A stretch of 63,966 nt of DNA, the filler included, from Octopus bimaculoides (Eukaryota), in NCBI RefSeq assembly GCF_001194135.2. It is 8 parts of 8 records of this genome, joined end to end, with 100 filler letters (N's around TTAATTAATTAA, not from the genome) between each part and the next. Parts side by side here need not be neighbours in the genome. Positions count along the whole stretch, not along the records: positions 18,319 to 37,939 come from NC_068992.1; 7 more parts are not named here. One strand, 5' to 3'. The notes under the pieces are model-generated. The model did not search any database and had not been told where the DNA came from. It worked only from the letters and a program-made list of their open reading frames with translations. Positions 21,306 through 35,941 of this stretch are shown here, piece by piece. The position numbers were made by a program, and so were the translations under genes. The number at the start of each line of letters is the position of its first letter. The first letter of the stretch is position 1.

Positions 21306-21692
21306 ACAACAGAATTGCACTGCCGCAAAATCATGCATCACGTTGAGATCAGTGAACATTAAAAACCTGCAGCTAAATGCATGTTGCATTGGTGCAATTC
21401 TCTGCAAACAGACGCACAGAAAGGAAAATATAAGGTCATGTAGTAATGATTCATAAATATATCATTAGAGATAATTAAACAAGCAATCTATGGGTTAATG
21501 AGAAGCAAGTGGAACTACTTCGGGTTTTAATCATACAAGAATTGTTGTGTCCTTTGATCGCGAATTCTGAGATTCTTGAATGAAAGAAAGGAAAGAAGAG
21601 AGAGGTCTAACAATAGCAAAACGTGCCCGGAGTTATCGCTGGTATATGCAGAAATGATAAAGATATTATCTGAGCTCAGCTTTCCCCCTTCA

Positions 21693-22081
21693 CATAAATA
21701 TTTGGTATTTTTTGGTTATCTCCCCTCCATTACAAAATTGCCATAAAATTTGAGTTTATGTGGCGACAAGAGATTGGATTAAAAGGGTTAAATCCTTTTG
21801 ATTCAACACGTTGTTGACTTTTGGCCCCCTCAATAGGAATGGTCTGATTCGCTATAAAAATGTTATTAGATTCAATAAGATGGTTAAAGTTTTTTAGTCT
21901 TCATGTTTATTAATTTTTCATTTTTTTGTTTTATTGAGGGTTAAACATTTTTTCAGTTGGGGAAGATAACCAAAAATACCGATACTTTTCATAAAACGGG
22001 GGGCGTGGGGAGATCACCCAAGTTTTTAAATGGGCGTGAGATAACCAAAAGGTACCAAACATTTCGTAATGTAGATTTATG
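21693..22081. mobile_element. Degenerate fold-back (MITE-like) element
   Basis: Left arm cataaatatttggtattttttggttatctcccc is matched in inverse by 21958-21983 and 22032-22081. Confidence 0.45.
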
Positions 22082-22454
22082 ACTTTCACAATATTAAAAG
22101 TATTTGAAAGAAAACCTGATGAAAGAAAAAAGAATATAGTCTAGAAAATTAATGAAGAAAGAATTACATGACTGATCGATCTGTTAGTAACAGCAGCTAA
22201 ATTCATTTCTAATAACGTTTTAAAATATACACGTGTTTGATAATTTAGTATTCGACATAGGTTTTCTTTAACGGTTTACTCGTTGCTGCCTTAGGTTGGC
22301 TTGTGCCCCTGAATAATACTGAGAGTATTGCTAACGGAGTGCAAGCTTCAGGTAGCTGAACATGTTAAAGGATAGAGTTAAAAGTGGGTTTATCTTGGGT
22401 CAACAAATCTAACTAGAAAAAAATAAAAAGCTAAGTAACGATGACTAGTAAAAA

Positions 22455-22555
22455 CCAACTCAAGACGTGGGAGAAGATAGAGGCCAGAGTGGTGGAGAGC
22501 GAAGAGAAGTAACTGATGACCTACGCTCCATAGGGGACGAATGGATTAAATAATT
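22455..22555 (+). mobile_element. Possible RTE-clade LINE extreme 3' end
   Basis: KTWEKIEAR and REVTDDLRSIGDEWIK resemble the RTE ORF terminus TWxExExxAxxRxxWRxxVxxLCSxG. Confidence 0.3.
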
Positions 22556-23143
22556 AAGTATAAATGATATAATTAAGAAAAAACAAAGATAGACCATTCA
22601 TCAGTTGGACTATAGCTGATCTGGAACTCAGGAACGATGGCAAGAAGAACTAGCGGAACTACCCCAATGGCATCAACGATAACAACGTAAAGTTCCCGTG
22701 TCTTGTACATTTATTAATGTCGTTTACCAAACAGACATTAAATTCGCATTAAATGAATTCGGAATTTTTTTTTCTAAAAGAAGGGGTAATCGTATAGATA
22801 GAAAATACTAGAGAGAAAGAAAAAGGGGAGAAAAAACAGAATGAGACGTCTCTGTAATTATAGGATTGTTGGAGACAGTGAAGCGTGATAGGAGGGAAAA
22901 AGGAGTATTTCTGCAAAAGAAAAAAGAAACCCCAAGAAATAAAAGGCTAAAAGATTCTAAATGTGAGATTTAGAAAATAACGCTCCTTGGAAAATCCTAA
23001 TTTTCTACAAAAACTATTTCCGACAATTTGAAAATTAAATGCTGAAGGATTTTATCGACAAACTAATGAACCTTGGACTAACAGAGTAACTGTGGTTAGG
23101 TAGAGTGGATATTCGCAAAGCATGGCGAATTACAAATATCACT

Positions 23144-23144
<1 letters not shown>

Positions 23145-23217
<73 letters not shown>

Positions 23218-23281
23218 AATTTTGGGAGTATCACAGTAATAATGATGATGATCTTGAAGATGGTAACAATAACAATATTAA

Positions 23282-23313
<32 letters not shown>

Positions 23314-23335
23314 ATAATAATGATGATGATGATGG
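23145..23335. repeat. (AAT)n,(GTA)n,(ATG)n triplet tracts
   Basis: Direct reading. Confidence 0.9.
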
Positions 23336-23337
23336 TC

Positions 23338-23515
23338 CTTTCTGCTACAGGCTCAAGGCCTGAAATTTTGAGGGAATAGACTAATGGATTGCATCCACCC
23401 CAGTGTTTCACAGGTAGTTAATTTATCGACCCCGAAAGCATGAAAAGCAAAGTCAACCTCGGCGGAATTTGAACACAGAGCGTAGCGACTGGTGAAATAC
23501 CGCTAAGCATTTCGA
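23338..23515 (-). mobile_element. SINE family B
   Basis: ttatcgaccccgaaagcatgaaaagcaaagtcaacctcggcggaatttgaac...gaaataccgctaagcatttcg. Confidence 0.85.
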
Positions 23516-24563
23516 AGAAGAAGAAGAAGAAAGAACATGCATGATAATCGACATAAAGTCAAGTAGCAGAGTCAATTTCCTCGACCAACCTCTCCAAAAG
23601 CTTTGAGGAATTTTGTCTGTTTTACAAATAGTTAATAGCTGAAGGATGAATCAAGTTAAATGATGTTAAAGGAAATATATCAACGCTTTTTTTCTGTGTG
23701 AATATGGTGGAAACAAAATATTTTGTAAGTTAATGACATGGCTGAAAAAGAAAAGACTGCAATTGTAAGTTTGACAAATCTATTTTCTCGAAATAAATAA
23801 AAAGAAGGAATTGAAGAAAAAAGATCATTCACTCAAGATTGAAAATATTTAATGTTAGTTGACATTCAGTTTCATTTGTTTTTGTTATCAAAAAGATGTT
23901 ATGGTTTTATGGACATAATGTATGTCTGCTGAGAGAAGTGTTACATTCCGAGATATTTCACGGTCACAGCTGTTGTGATTCTCCTCTTTTGTCTCCCCTT
24001 GTCCATTTTTTCCTGTTGACTGTAGCAGAACAAAGAGAAAAAAAAAACAGTTTGATGGATCTTTCACATGGCCGTAAATGAACCGGAAACAGATGCGTAC
24101 ATAGTTTCATTATTGTCCATCCTACTACTGCTGAACTGAAATCGTCGGAAATATAATAGAATCATCTCTTTCCTCAACATTAGCGTTCACTAGAACTCCT
24201 ACGCAGGTTTAGCTACAAAAATAACCAGTCTTCACAAAAGCACTACATACGTCATACATCTAATACACAAGGTTTTGTAAGGTTTCTTCATGGATTTCAA
24301 TCGTATTTTGAATATCTCTATTGTATTATGATTTGTTATATGACGTTGTTGCCTTCTTATAATTTTTTATCTTTAAATATCATTTTAGATATAAGTTTGC
24401 AGATAACTTTAAATATAATTTTTCGAACTGTATTATGTTTCCATCTTTTACTGAAAGATGGATGATAAAATACGAAAAATAGCATAAAATAATTATTATA
24501 AAAGAAATAAATTTCATTATTGAAGAAAGTGATAAATATATATGTCGTNNNNNNNNNNNNNNN

Positions 24564-24605
24564 TATATATATATATATATACATAAATATATATATATAT
24601 GTATG

Positions 24606-24639
<34 letters not shown>

Positions 24640-24641
24640 TG

Positions 24642-24674
<33 letters not shown>

Positions 24675-24747
24675 TTGTGTGGGTGTGCATGTATAAATAT
24701 ATGTATATGTCCATGCATGTATGTATATATGTTTGTGTCTGCCTGCA

Positions 24748-24810
<63 letters not shown>

Positions 24811-24843
24811 ATCTGTTTATAAGTGTATATATTATGTGTATTC

Positions 24844-24875
<32 letters not shown>

Positions 24876-24952
24876 CTGTATCTGTGTATATATGTATATA
24901 TAAATTTATAAATACATACATACATACACGCACACACACATGCACACACACG

Positions 24953-25024
<72 letters not shown>

Positions 25025-25085
25025 CATACATACACTCACGCACACATACACACACATACATATATATATATATACTTACATACAT
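24564..25085. repeat. Large compound microsatellite (AT, GTAT, GT, TATC, CA)
   Basis: Direct reading. Confidence 0.95.
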
Positions 25086-27237
25086 GTACATGCTGATTTT
25101 TTTGAGACTTTTTGCTTTGAAATTCCTCTAACTTTTATATATCAGATAGCTGCATGGAAATAAGGTCTACATTGATCTATAATTTTATACAGAGGCTAAT
25201 TTTATATTAAAATTCGTTGCTATGTCTACCGAAATAAATTTCTTGCCTAGAAATCCTACAGTATTTTCAATGATTTTACCCTAATCAAATAATTCGAAAG
25301 ATAACAGTTCTTTTCTATAGCTTATTTCTAGTCTTCCACTTTTTTCTGTTTCCATGATCCGTGAAATATTATCTGTTCCACATCAGTTAGTTTTATATTT
25401 CTGATATCATATTCTGTTGTAAGTAGGGTGGTTAGCGGGATGTAGGATAGACTGGTTCCACACCAGAAGTCTTTTGACGATGTCAGCCATAAATACATTC
25501 ATCATTCAGAGAAAAATGTCAGTGAAACACTTGTAAGAAAATAAAAGAAAAAGAAAAAGAAAAAAATATTGATGCTTTCATTCATAGAGGTAGAAATATA
25601 ACGATTATCTAGCGTCTTACCTGTTCAGATGAAAGATTTGTTGGTTATCTGGTGGAACATCTTACTAGTGTAGGGAATAGATACACATGTTGACTAATAT
25701 TAAATGTGTCGAAGAACTGCCTTGAGCCGATCGAGCACTCGTGGAAATACGACCACAGCTTAAGGTGATTCTTCATCATATTTAATATCTTACCATTCCT
25801 ACTTCTAGGCAGCAGTTACCAAATATAGAGGAAATACCAATCACAACATGCTAGTATTTGTTAAATATATTTCTTGTTTTTCTTCATCAGTCGGAATTTT
25901 GTGCTCTTTTTAGTCTTCAATTATTTGATTAAAATATCAGCTGAAAATATATTTCTCTCTGACTAGTCACATGGCCATAGTTTTTCTTTATGCACAAACA
26001 TATGACCAAGAATATTACAAAGGTATAACAGGTCGTACACTTCATTCTTTGTGAGTTTCCTGGTGATTTAATACACACTGGATTTGGACATAAATGTTTT
26101 TTTTCTTTCTTGGTTAAGATGTAATAGCAAGACAATTAAGTTGGGAAAAAATCCGAAGAGATTAAAAGATAATTATAGACAACTTCCAAGAGATTTCTTT
26201 GTGACATGTGAACGGAATAGCGTAAATTAGAATCTGAAACCGTTTCGCCATTCCAGCTTCCTCTTGCATCAGACAACATCGATGGTATGAAGATTTAATA
26301 TCAACAAATGTTTGACGGTATAAAAGATGAAAAGTATTTCTTTTTTTCTCGATTTTGTTTTCGTTCTCTTTAGTAAAATTAATAATTTTTTCTCCATTTT
26401 CAATGCATACTACTTTCATATTCAGTTGCTATTGATATGAAGTTCTTAAAAAGCCCGCTTCATTATTAAAAACGTTAAGCATTTTAAACTGTTTTATACG
26501 ACAAGGATATACGTTCAATAAACACTATTGATTATGTCTATAAGTTGACTCTATAACTACGATTAAAATATTGCTTGTGATCAGACATTTTCTAAAAGTT
26601 CATTTAATCTGCATAAATTCCCTGATGACTTTTATTCAGCCACATTTAAAGGGAAATGCATTACAATTAAAATAGAATAAAATCTCAAAGGACTTTAGTT
26701 TTATTTTCAATGTGATCTGGAACAGTTATTCTAGGTAACTTTCAGCAATGTTCATACACATTTTTTCTCTCTCTAAATGCAGAAAATATATGCACTTTTC
26801 ATACACCAGTAAATGTACTGGAGACAAATGAAACCTAAATTTAAAATCTATTGATTATTTATATTTATCTATATCAGATTAAAGTTGTTCATTGTCCATA
26901 GATTTCATGACATCATACAAAATAACCCATCAACATTTTGTGTAGATTCACGTAAAATTGATCAATGATTGCGCAGAATGAATATAAAAAAAACACATAC
27001 AATAGATAAGTCGAAATGTTTGCGAAGTGAAGTATTATTGAAAATATACTGGGAAGACAGATGTGAGTTGTGTTATTCATGCATTTCCAGAGAATATTGG
27101 ACACAGTGAAATATAAAATATCTGAATGGAGAAACTCACGTTGCAAAAATATGAATTCCTTGGGATTTTTGTGTATATCTTTTGCTTACATGAGTATATA
27201 TATGTATCTTTTATCTTTTATTTTTTATTTGTTTCAG

Positions 27238-27238
<1 letters not shown>

Positions 27239-27335
<97 letters not shown>

Positions 27336-27350
27336 ACACATACACACTCA
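27239..27350. repeat. Long (CA)n
   Basis: Direct reading. Confidence 0.95.
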
Positions 27351-28608
27351 CATATCAGAGGTAGATATGAAAAGCTGGGAAGAGTTTATAAGAAAAGTCG
27401 AGTTTTAGTTTTGTTGTAATAGTTTAATCTCAGCTATGGCGCCTCAGCTAAATTTACTAACAATGAGCGTTCCAACATAGCTGTTTTAAGAGATGGAACA
27501 TCTTGGATTGCATTTTCCCAGATGTCCTTTCTTCTTTTTAAACTAATGAAATTTGTGAGATTTAGTAGGTATTTTTTGCAGATCGGGGAACTGCTTAGAT
27601 ACACCTTTAATGGTTCAACGCTATAACTTATGAATGTATAGAGAATGTGTACATACTCAATTGTTTCCTTGATCTGCTTCTGATGTTTTGACTTGTCATT
27701 TCAATATAGAGGGAGACGTTGTTTTAGTGATCGCATCGCATAATATTTTAGTCTACCCTGTCGGTTTTTTCTCGAAGGCTACAGGCATACAAGTAAAGGT
27801 GAACGAGAGGGAATGATGAGCATTCAACTTATGGAAACATCTGCTACGCAATAGCAGAGTTATGCAAAAATATACGAGTACATGGACACGTTCGTACGAA
27901 ATTATATTCATACATGATTATGTTAAATCATCAGGCAAACTGCATGACAAATTAAAGTGCAACAGCAAATGTATGCATATATAAATGTGTGTGTGTGTGT
28001 GTGTATGTACATGTAGGGGCCTTTGAGCGGTTTATGCAGATGTTGCTGCACCATTGGGTCACATATTCATTATAAGTCTCTTTCTAAACGTATAATCAGC
28101 AGTGGAATTGGGCACAATTCATTACTTTAGGAAATTCAAATATGTATACGATTTGGAAAACTGATATATGTTTATCGACGTATGTATATAAATACAGATG
28201 CATATATGTGTGTGTATATATATATATATATATNNNNNNNNNNNNNNNNNNNNNNNNNNNNNNNNNNNNNNNNNNNNNNNNNNNNNNNNNNNNNNNNNNN
28301 NNNNNNNNNNNNNNNNNNNNNNNNNNNNNNNNNNNNNNNNNNNNNNNNNNNNNNNNNNNNNNNNNNNNNNNNNNNNNNNNNNNNNNNNNNNNNNNNNNNN
28401 NNNNNNNNNNNNNNNNNNNNNNNNNNNNNNNNNNNNNNNNNNNNNNNNNNNNNNNNNNNNNNNNNNNNNNNNNNNNNNNNNNNNNNNNNNNNNNNNNNNN
28501 NNNNNNNNNNNNNNNNNNNNNNNNNNNNNNNNNNNNNNNNNNNNNNNNNNNNNNNNNNNNNNNNNNNNNNNNNNNNNNNNNNNNNNNNNNNNNNNNNNNN
28601 NNNNNNNN

Positions 28609-28649
<41 letters not shown>

Positions 28650-29980
28650 ATATGTATATATGTAGGTAAGGCAGTTTCTGTGTATGCCTGTATGTGTTAT
28701 TTATATAAAATTTTTCAGATTAGAGTGGCAATGCTACTGTACGATAAACGTAGGGAGAAATAGTGGATGTATCCAACGAAATACGAGAGAGATAATACAA
28801 AGTGAAAACAGAGTTTTATGATCAATACGAGAAGCGAAATGAATAAATATGAGATTCTTATTTAACGCCTCGGTTCACCAACAACTGATATTAAATTAAC
28901 TCATACGACAATCTAAACTGTACAGGCTTACATATTAGTTCCCTATTTCTATATGATGGCGTAATTTCCTGAGGCCATCCATAAACGTAGACATCAAGAT
29001 ATATATATATATATATATATATACTGATGGATACAGATATATGCATGTATATGTATATTTTTATATACATTAACAGATACAGGTATATGTATATTTATGT
29101 ATGTGTATGTATACACACACACACACACACACACACACAGATATATATATATGTTTGTATATTTAAAGTAGCTTCACGCGCTTGTTAAGCCTACACTCAA
29201 AATGATACTTGCGTCAGCAGGTCATCACAGTTTTACATTGAGGCACTGATTTGAAAGACCTTCACATTTTATAATCCGATATATAACGAACACCGCATGT
29301 AGCCTAATTTCCCTGCAAATAACCTAAGCACAAGATACTTTGATTGAAACCTTTTCAGTCAGTAGAATCCTCTACAGAAATCCTTTCACACTCATACAAA
29401 AGATCTTACGCAGCAATCACAAGTACGACAAGATATTTAACAACAGCAATGGTAAAAGCAAGCTACAGTTGTATACTGATTTATGCTGCACGTAGCCAAA
29501 AGCTACTTGAGAGGAAATATTATTGCTGTATTCACACGTTTCTCGAGGGCTCTATCGTGTGTATAAAAACAAGAACAAAACTATGAAATGAAAATAGCTG
29601 CCTAGTAATGAAAGCCTGAAAGCAGTATCTGTATATTTAAGTAGTTTCACTAATTACCAGTTTGCTTGTTTTGACTAAACACTAATTTACAATAGAAACG
29701 TTGTAATTTAATTTTGAATGTTATAAGTATTTATTTCCATAATTCTGAGTAGGAACTAAATAAAATCAAATAAAACTGACTTTGATGTCAATGACTTAGA
29801 GTATCTAGAGCAATATAACTTGATCTCTGCTGTTCTTCTGATTGGTCCAGTTTCAAAACATTCAGAATAACGAGGATCAAATACAAACAATATCGAATAA
29901 AACTTAGATAATTTAGCCTCTCAGTGTAAGCTAAACGACATATGAACAACAGCAAAAAACAACAACGATAATAATCCCTT

Positions 29981-30163
29981 TTTTTAATAGGCACAAGGCC
30001 TGAAATTTTGGGGGACGGGGCTAATCGATTACATTGATCCCCAGTACTCAAATGGTACTCATTAAATCGACTCCGGTGGGATTTGAACTCAGAACGTAAA
30101 GATGGACGAAATGCCGGTAAACATTTTTCCTGGCGTGCTAACAATTCTGCTAGCTCACCGCCT
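29981..30163 (-). mobile_element. SINE family B with internal deletion
   Basis: ggcacaaggcctgaaatttt...gggatttgaactcagaacg...ggcgtgctaacaattctgctagctcaccgcct. Confidence 0.8.
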
Positions 30164-30174
30164 CAATGAAAATA

Positions 30175-30525
30175 CAGGCAGTGGCTCTCATGGGTCTTGA
30201 TCTTAATTGATTAGAGTTATCATGTCCATTGTTTTGTCTTGGCATAAAAGATGGGCTAAAGCAAATATTCTGCTTAATACCACAGATTTGCTTGTGAGCT
30301 GCTTGACCTTAACCAGTTGAGCATGTCCCTTTGTGGCTCTTCATGAGCAGAAGTAGAGGGGGAGCATCATAGCCATTTGTTGAGAGGAATTCTTTGGGGC
30401 TTAGATAATTCACCTCTGGAAACATGGGTGTTTCGTTCAACCTTACTGAACAACCCTTATTCAGGGACCCTTTGAGCGGGATGGACTACTTGACCTGAAG
30501 AAAATTCTAACTGGGCCCCATCTGC
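30175..30525. repeat. Interspersed repeat of unknown class
   Basis: accacagatttgcttgtgagctgcttgaccttaaccagttgagcatgtccc is shared in inverse orientation with 57680-57850. Confidence 0.55.
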
Positions 30526-31516
30526 TATAAAAGGACGAGCGACAACACAAAACGTGTGCATTACATCCATCAAGGGGGAAAATTACAAAGTTAAATCTAT
30601 AACAAAAGGATTAGAAATTAAATCTATAACGAAAAGAAACAGAAATTGAAGCAAATTATCAATAAATAGAATCCTCAGTAGCCTAGCAGTCCCCTTAAGT
30701 TAATTAGGGGTAAACCCCCACAGGAATGGTTCCAGATTACTCTGCCGTTTCTGAGGCGTGAGATGTGTCATCTTCCAGTTTCTTTTCTTCTACTTAGAAA
30801 AGCATACTCCGAGTAAATCCCTTGATCCTTACCAGAACGACTCTCATCCAATGGCATACAGTATATATTTTTATCTATCGTCAAATAAAGAAGTATTGGA
30901 AACAAAGACCACCTTGAGGTTAGAACTTGCAATGATAAAAGTAATACTCTACAGACTGAAAGACATTTTATACACTGTCTGCCATAAGAAAAAAATGGCT
31001 CCGACAACCAGAAATATGAAAGCAAAATCGACAGCGTGGATTCTCAAGATGCATTGGCGAAGAAGTATGGACATTCGGCAGATCAAACAAGCTTCTCAGC
31101 ACAATATATTGCTAGCTACACACTTGAATGTGATAAAGAAGTTTAAGAACGAATCTAAAAAGTTAGAAAAAATGGCTGAGGGAAGACATGGAAGTGATTA
31201 CCATGAAAGAGACGTGAGAAGAAATACAAGAAGATTATATAATAATTAATCATTTTTGACTTGTTGCAATACTGTCAAAGTTTCCCCAACGAATTGTGGA
31301 ATTCTAGAATATTGGAAAATGTTGACATCGGCATTATTCATAGAGAATATCCACTGGGTTCACCTGTCTATAACATAAGAATATTGTAAATGGCAAATTG
31401 ACAACATGTAATGTGAACCACGTTCTTATTCATACCTACATGCATACACACATACATACGTACATACATACATGCACACACAAACATATATAGAAACACT
31501 CATGTATTTTATATCC

Positions 31517-31518
<2 letters not shown>

Positions 31519-31557
<39 letters not shown>

Positions 31558-31567
31558 NNNNNNNNNN

Positions 31568-31646
<79 letters not shown>

Positions 31647-31901
31647 GTCTATGTATCTTTCTCTCTATTAATATACATGCATAAGTACTTATAAACGCAC
31701 ACACATAAAAACACATGAGTACACGCAGATAAATTCATATATATATCCTCTTTCCCTCTCTCCTTTTCATCTTCTCTCTCACTCTCTCTCACTCTCTCTC
31801 ACTCTCTCTCACTCTTTCTCACTTTCTCTTTCTCTCTCTCACTATCTCTCTCTCTCACAATCTCTCTCTCTCTCTCTGTATATATATATATATATATATA
31901 T
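31519..31901. repeat. (CT)n,(TATC)n and (CTCTCTCTCA)n tracts
   Basis: Direct reading. Confidence 0.85.
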
Positions 31902-33545
31902 NNNNNNNNNNNNNNNNNNNNNNNNNNNNNNNNNNNNNNNNNNNNNNNNNNNNNNNNNNNNNNNNNNNNNNNNNNNNNNNNNNNNNNNNNNNNNNNNNNN
32001 NNNNNNNNNNNNNNNNNNNNNNNNNNNNNNNNNNNNNNNNNNNNNNNNNNNNNNNNNNNNNNNNNNNNNNNNNNNNNNNNNNNNNNNNNNNNNNNNNNNN
32101 NNNNNNNNNNNNNNNNNNNNNNNNNNNNNNNNNNNNATATATATATATATATAAATATATACAAGGCTATATATGTATATACATATAGATATTTATGTAT
32201 ATTTATATTTCAGGAATAAAGAAAATGCAAAAGCCTGAAAGCCAAAAGAACAACAACAACAGAAGGCTCTATCCTTCAACAGATTTGCGTCTTCGTAATA
32301 TGGAATCTAGTTTCTCTCCGGAACAGAAAATATTACTTTTGTTTAACAAAAGAATGTGACATTTAAAGACGCTTAGAAAATATGTAGATTGTACCCAAAG
32401 CTCAGAGAAATATCAGAAGAAATGCAGGTCACTGAATGTAGTGGACACGGTCCGTATATGTTAGTTAAATGATGGCAAGCAATTGGGGGCACCACTATGT
32501 ATAAGGACTGTAATGAAAAGACAGCTCTTCTTCGAATGAAACTCTGTTTGTCGTTAGAAACGCGTTAGTAGATATTGGCATGTGTGTATAGCTATAGATT
32601 GAATGGTCAGTGCGAGAATATCATATGAGTGTTAGTTGAACATGGCCGGAGCTTAGCTTGTGTTAAACAAGAACATCATCAGCAATCACATTCACAACAA
32701 CGTATGTGATGATTCATGGGGTAAATAAACATATCCAAACATGTGGCATCTCTGTTTCGCTGAGAGAATAAAAAAAGCCTGTATATATAAAGCTGATTGT
32801 AGTTTGGCAAAGAAATATGGTGGAATGATATATTGTTAGTTTATCTTTTGCGTGTTCAGAAGTATTTAAGTATATTTGTTAAGTGTTTTAGTAAAATAAT
32901 TCACGGTATGGGCGTCAGATTTATTGGCATTTCAATTAATCTTACAATTAAGGAGGATCAAATACGAGAAACCTCCAGATAGAAGTTCCTGGGATAATAA
33001 ATTGCGTTACCTTAAAGTTCCTTAACTTAGATAAAAAACTGAGTAATTGAGTAAATATTAGGAAAACATGGCTTTTGTATGCATCCAGCAAGAATCACTA
33101 CAATCAGCAATAATTGCCAGTATCATCTTCCATACATTTATTAGATAATACTTTAATAACTCTAATAAAGCTATGAGAAACGGCACTGATATTCATTTAA
33201 GTGGACAGCGTCCATTGTAGTCGAAACACTTCTTAAACATTCTACGCTAAGCTTTTTTATATATGCATGCCATGCAAGAAGAGTTTTGAGAATTCCCACT
33301 GTCTCGCACCCGAAACTTTTAAGTCTTCTCTTAACAAGCACGAATATGTGTGTGTGTCTGTGTGCGCGCGCGCATCTATAATGTCTAAAAATGTATGGGA
33401 GAACGGAAGGAATATATTATAAACGTTGTTAAGCAGAACAACAGCGAAAACTCGTCAGTAAAATCTATGCTTTCTTCTAGTGCAGACTTCTTTTGCCTAC
33501 AATTGTATGTAAAATAATTCAGTAAAACTTTTTTATACGGAAACC

Positions 33546-33592
33546 TTTCATATTATTGAAAACCTATACGAAAAATTTTCAATAATATGAAA
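33546..33592. repeat. Perfect 17-bp inverted repeat with 13-nt spacer
   Basis: tttcatattattgaaaa (33546-33562) / ttttcaataatatgaaa (33576-33592). Confidence 0.9.
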
Positions 33593-35829
33593 TTATGTCT
33601 CTTTTTCCACGCGTGCAAAACTCACCTTGTGAAAACAAACACTAATATGTTTATAATAAAACTGTTATGCAAAAACATTTGTTGTGTGAAGAAATATAAA
33701 TTCGTATTTTTTACTTTCAGCATATACATAGATCTATAAGAGAAATATTTCCTTTCCTATGTTAGAAAATAACACTTGTTGCGCGCGCGCGCACACACAC
33801 ACACACATACATATATATGTGTGCGTGTGGTATGTGTTGAGAAGCAATTATCATCGCAATGGAATTGACAGAGGACTACGCATGTCCGCGGAAGTGAGGC
33901 TGGGTTGTGTCTCTACGTGATAAGCCAGATAGCCTTTATAATATGAAGGTGAAGTTTTAGGAATATTCGGTTAATACTTATAAGAAATCTAGTGGGAACA
34001 TATAAATACCCATTTTGCCTCGCAATGTAGTAACGGAACCATAACTAATTATTGTCTAAAAAGCTATTTTTGGTAATTACTTTTGCTTCTTAGTTACCGT
34101 TCTGTAAATATTCTGTAACTTGCATTTATTTAAGGTTTGCTATAATACACAGGTATAGATAGTCTTATCACGTAGTCTGTACCTTGCTTCAATAACTGGC
34201 TATATCAATATGTTTTTTTTTGGTTTTCATTTTCAAAACAGGAACAATGCCAATTATGGTTGTAAGAATTCCTATGGAATGCCATCTCATTGGTTATGAA
34301 ACACAAGCTCAAAATATAGAACGACAAATTTGAATACTATTATGTATTATAATAGAGAGCTCTATCGGGTCTGCTAACTCTGCAGCCCCGAGGTCGTTTG
34401 TGTATTGTATTAAATATATTTTGATGTGTTATATTACATACACAGAAGTCTTCTGTAACATAAATTTATTATGAAGTGTTGAAACTCAGTATTATAACAA
34501 GATTATATATATATATATATATATATATNNNNNNNNNNNNNNNNNNNNNNNNNNNNNNNNNNNNNNNNNNNNNNNNNNNNNNNNNNNNNNNNNNNNNNNN
34601 NNNNNNNNNNNNNNNNNNNNNNNNNNNNNNNNNNNNNNNNNNNNNNNNNNNNNNNNNNNNNNNNNNNNNNNNNNNNNNNNNNNNNNNNNNNNNNNNNNNN
34701 NNNNNNNNNNNNNNNNNNNNNNNNNNNNNNNNNNNNNNNNNNNNNNNNNNNNNNNNNNNNNNNNNNNNNNNNNNNNNNNNNNNNNNNNNNNNNNNNNNNN
34801 NNNNNNNNNNNNNNNNNNNNNNNNNNNNNNNNNNNNNNNNNNNNNNNNNNNNNNNNNNNNNNNNNNNNNNNNNNNNNNNNNNNNNNNNNNNNNNNNNNNN
34901 NNNNNNNNNNNNNNNNNNNNNNNNNNNNNNNNNNNNNNNNNNNNNNNNNNNNNNNNNNNNNNNNNNNNNNNNNNNNNNNNNNNNNNNNNNNNNNNNNNNN
35001 NNNNNNNNNNNNNNNNNNNNNNNNNNNNNNNNNNNNNNNNNNNNNNNNNNNNNNNNNNNNNNNNNNNNNNNNNNNNNNNNNNNNNNNNNNNNNNNNNNNN
35101 NNNNNNNNNNNNNNNNNNNNNNNNNNNNNNNNNNNNNNNNNNNNNNNNNNNNNNNNNNNNNNNNNNNNNNNNNNNNNNNNNNNNNNNNNNNNNNNNNNNN
35201 NNNNNNNNNNNNNNNNNNNNNNNNNNNNNNNNNNNNNNNNNNNNNNNNNNNNNNNNNNNNNNNNNNNNNNNNNNNNNNNNNNNNNNNNNNNNNNTATATA
35301 TATATATATGTATGTATATGTGTGTGTATATATAGAAATGTATGTATGTGTGTGTGTATGCATATAATTATATATATGGGTATATATGCACATGTATATA
35401 TATGTACTGTATCTGTGTATCTTTATAAAAGTATGTACGTATGAACGTTTCACAAGCGATATGAATATTTTTGCAGAATCCTAAACATGCAAACGCTAAC
35501 ATACACGAACGGGCACGCACACATATGCAGTACGGACACACACATAGATGGACATACGCACGCACACATACGTAAACATAATTATATAATACATGCGATA
35601 TATATATGCGTATAACTGTATGCGGTTGTATACATATTTAGTATCCTGTAGAGACACGAGATGCATTTTGTTAAAGCTAAGCAGAAATAAACATATACAA
35701 GAACCAAGACAAAAAAAAATCTATTGTGTTTCTTTTTTTCCGTTTTGGTTCTTACTACTTTCCATCCTATCACACCATTTATTCTTAAAAATCCCGTTTA
35801 TATTACACAAACACAACATCAATGACAAC

Positions 35830-35874
35830 AAGATGATGATGATGATGATGATGATGATGGTGATGTCAATGACG

Positions 35875-35940
<66 letters not shown>
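35830..35940. repeat. (ATG)n then (ATA)n
   Basis: Direct reading. Confidence 0.95.

Positions 35941-35941
<1 letters not shown>

Noticed and set aside
20996-21334. Poly-Cys, poly-Ala and poly-Gln-like ORFs
   Set aside because: Products of the CAG/CAA microsatellite grown from a retroposon tail
25929-26419. Cys-spaced peptide HLCPNPVC...KCTTC, suggestive of a piggyBac cysteine-rich domain
   Set aside because: No recognisable DDD core or TTAA/TIR nearby; cannot be supported by eye
27345-27610. Possible mariner-like MITE after the (CA)n tract
   Set aside because: Terminal inverted match is too weak
30758-31249. 163-aa plus-strand ORF
   Set aside because: GTG start, no recognisable domain or splice context; probably decayed TE sequence
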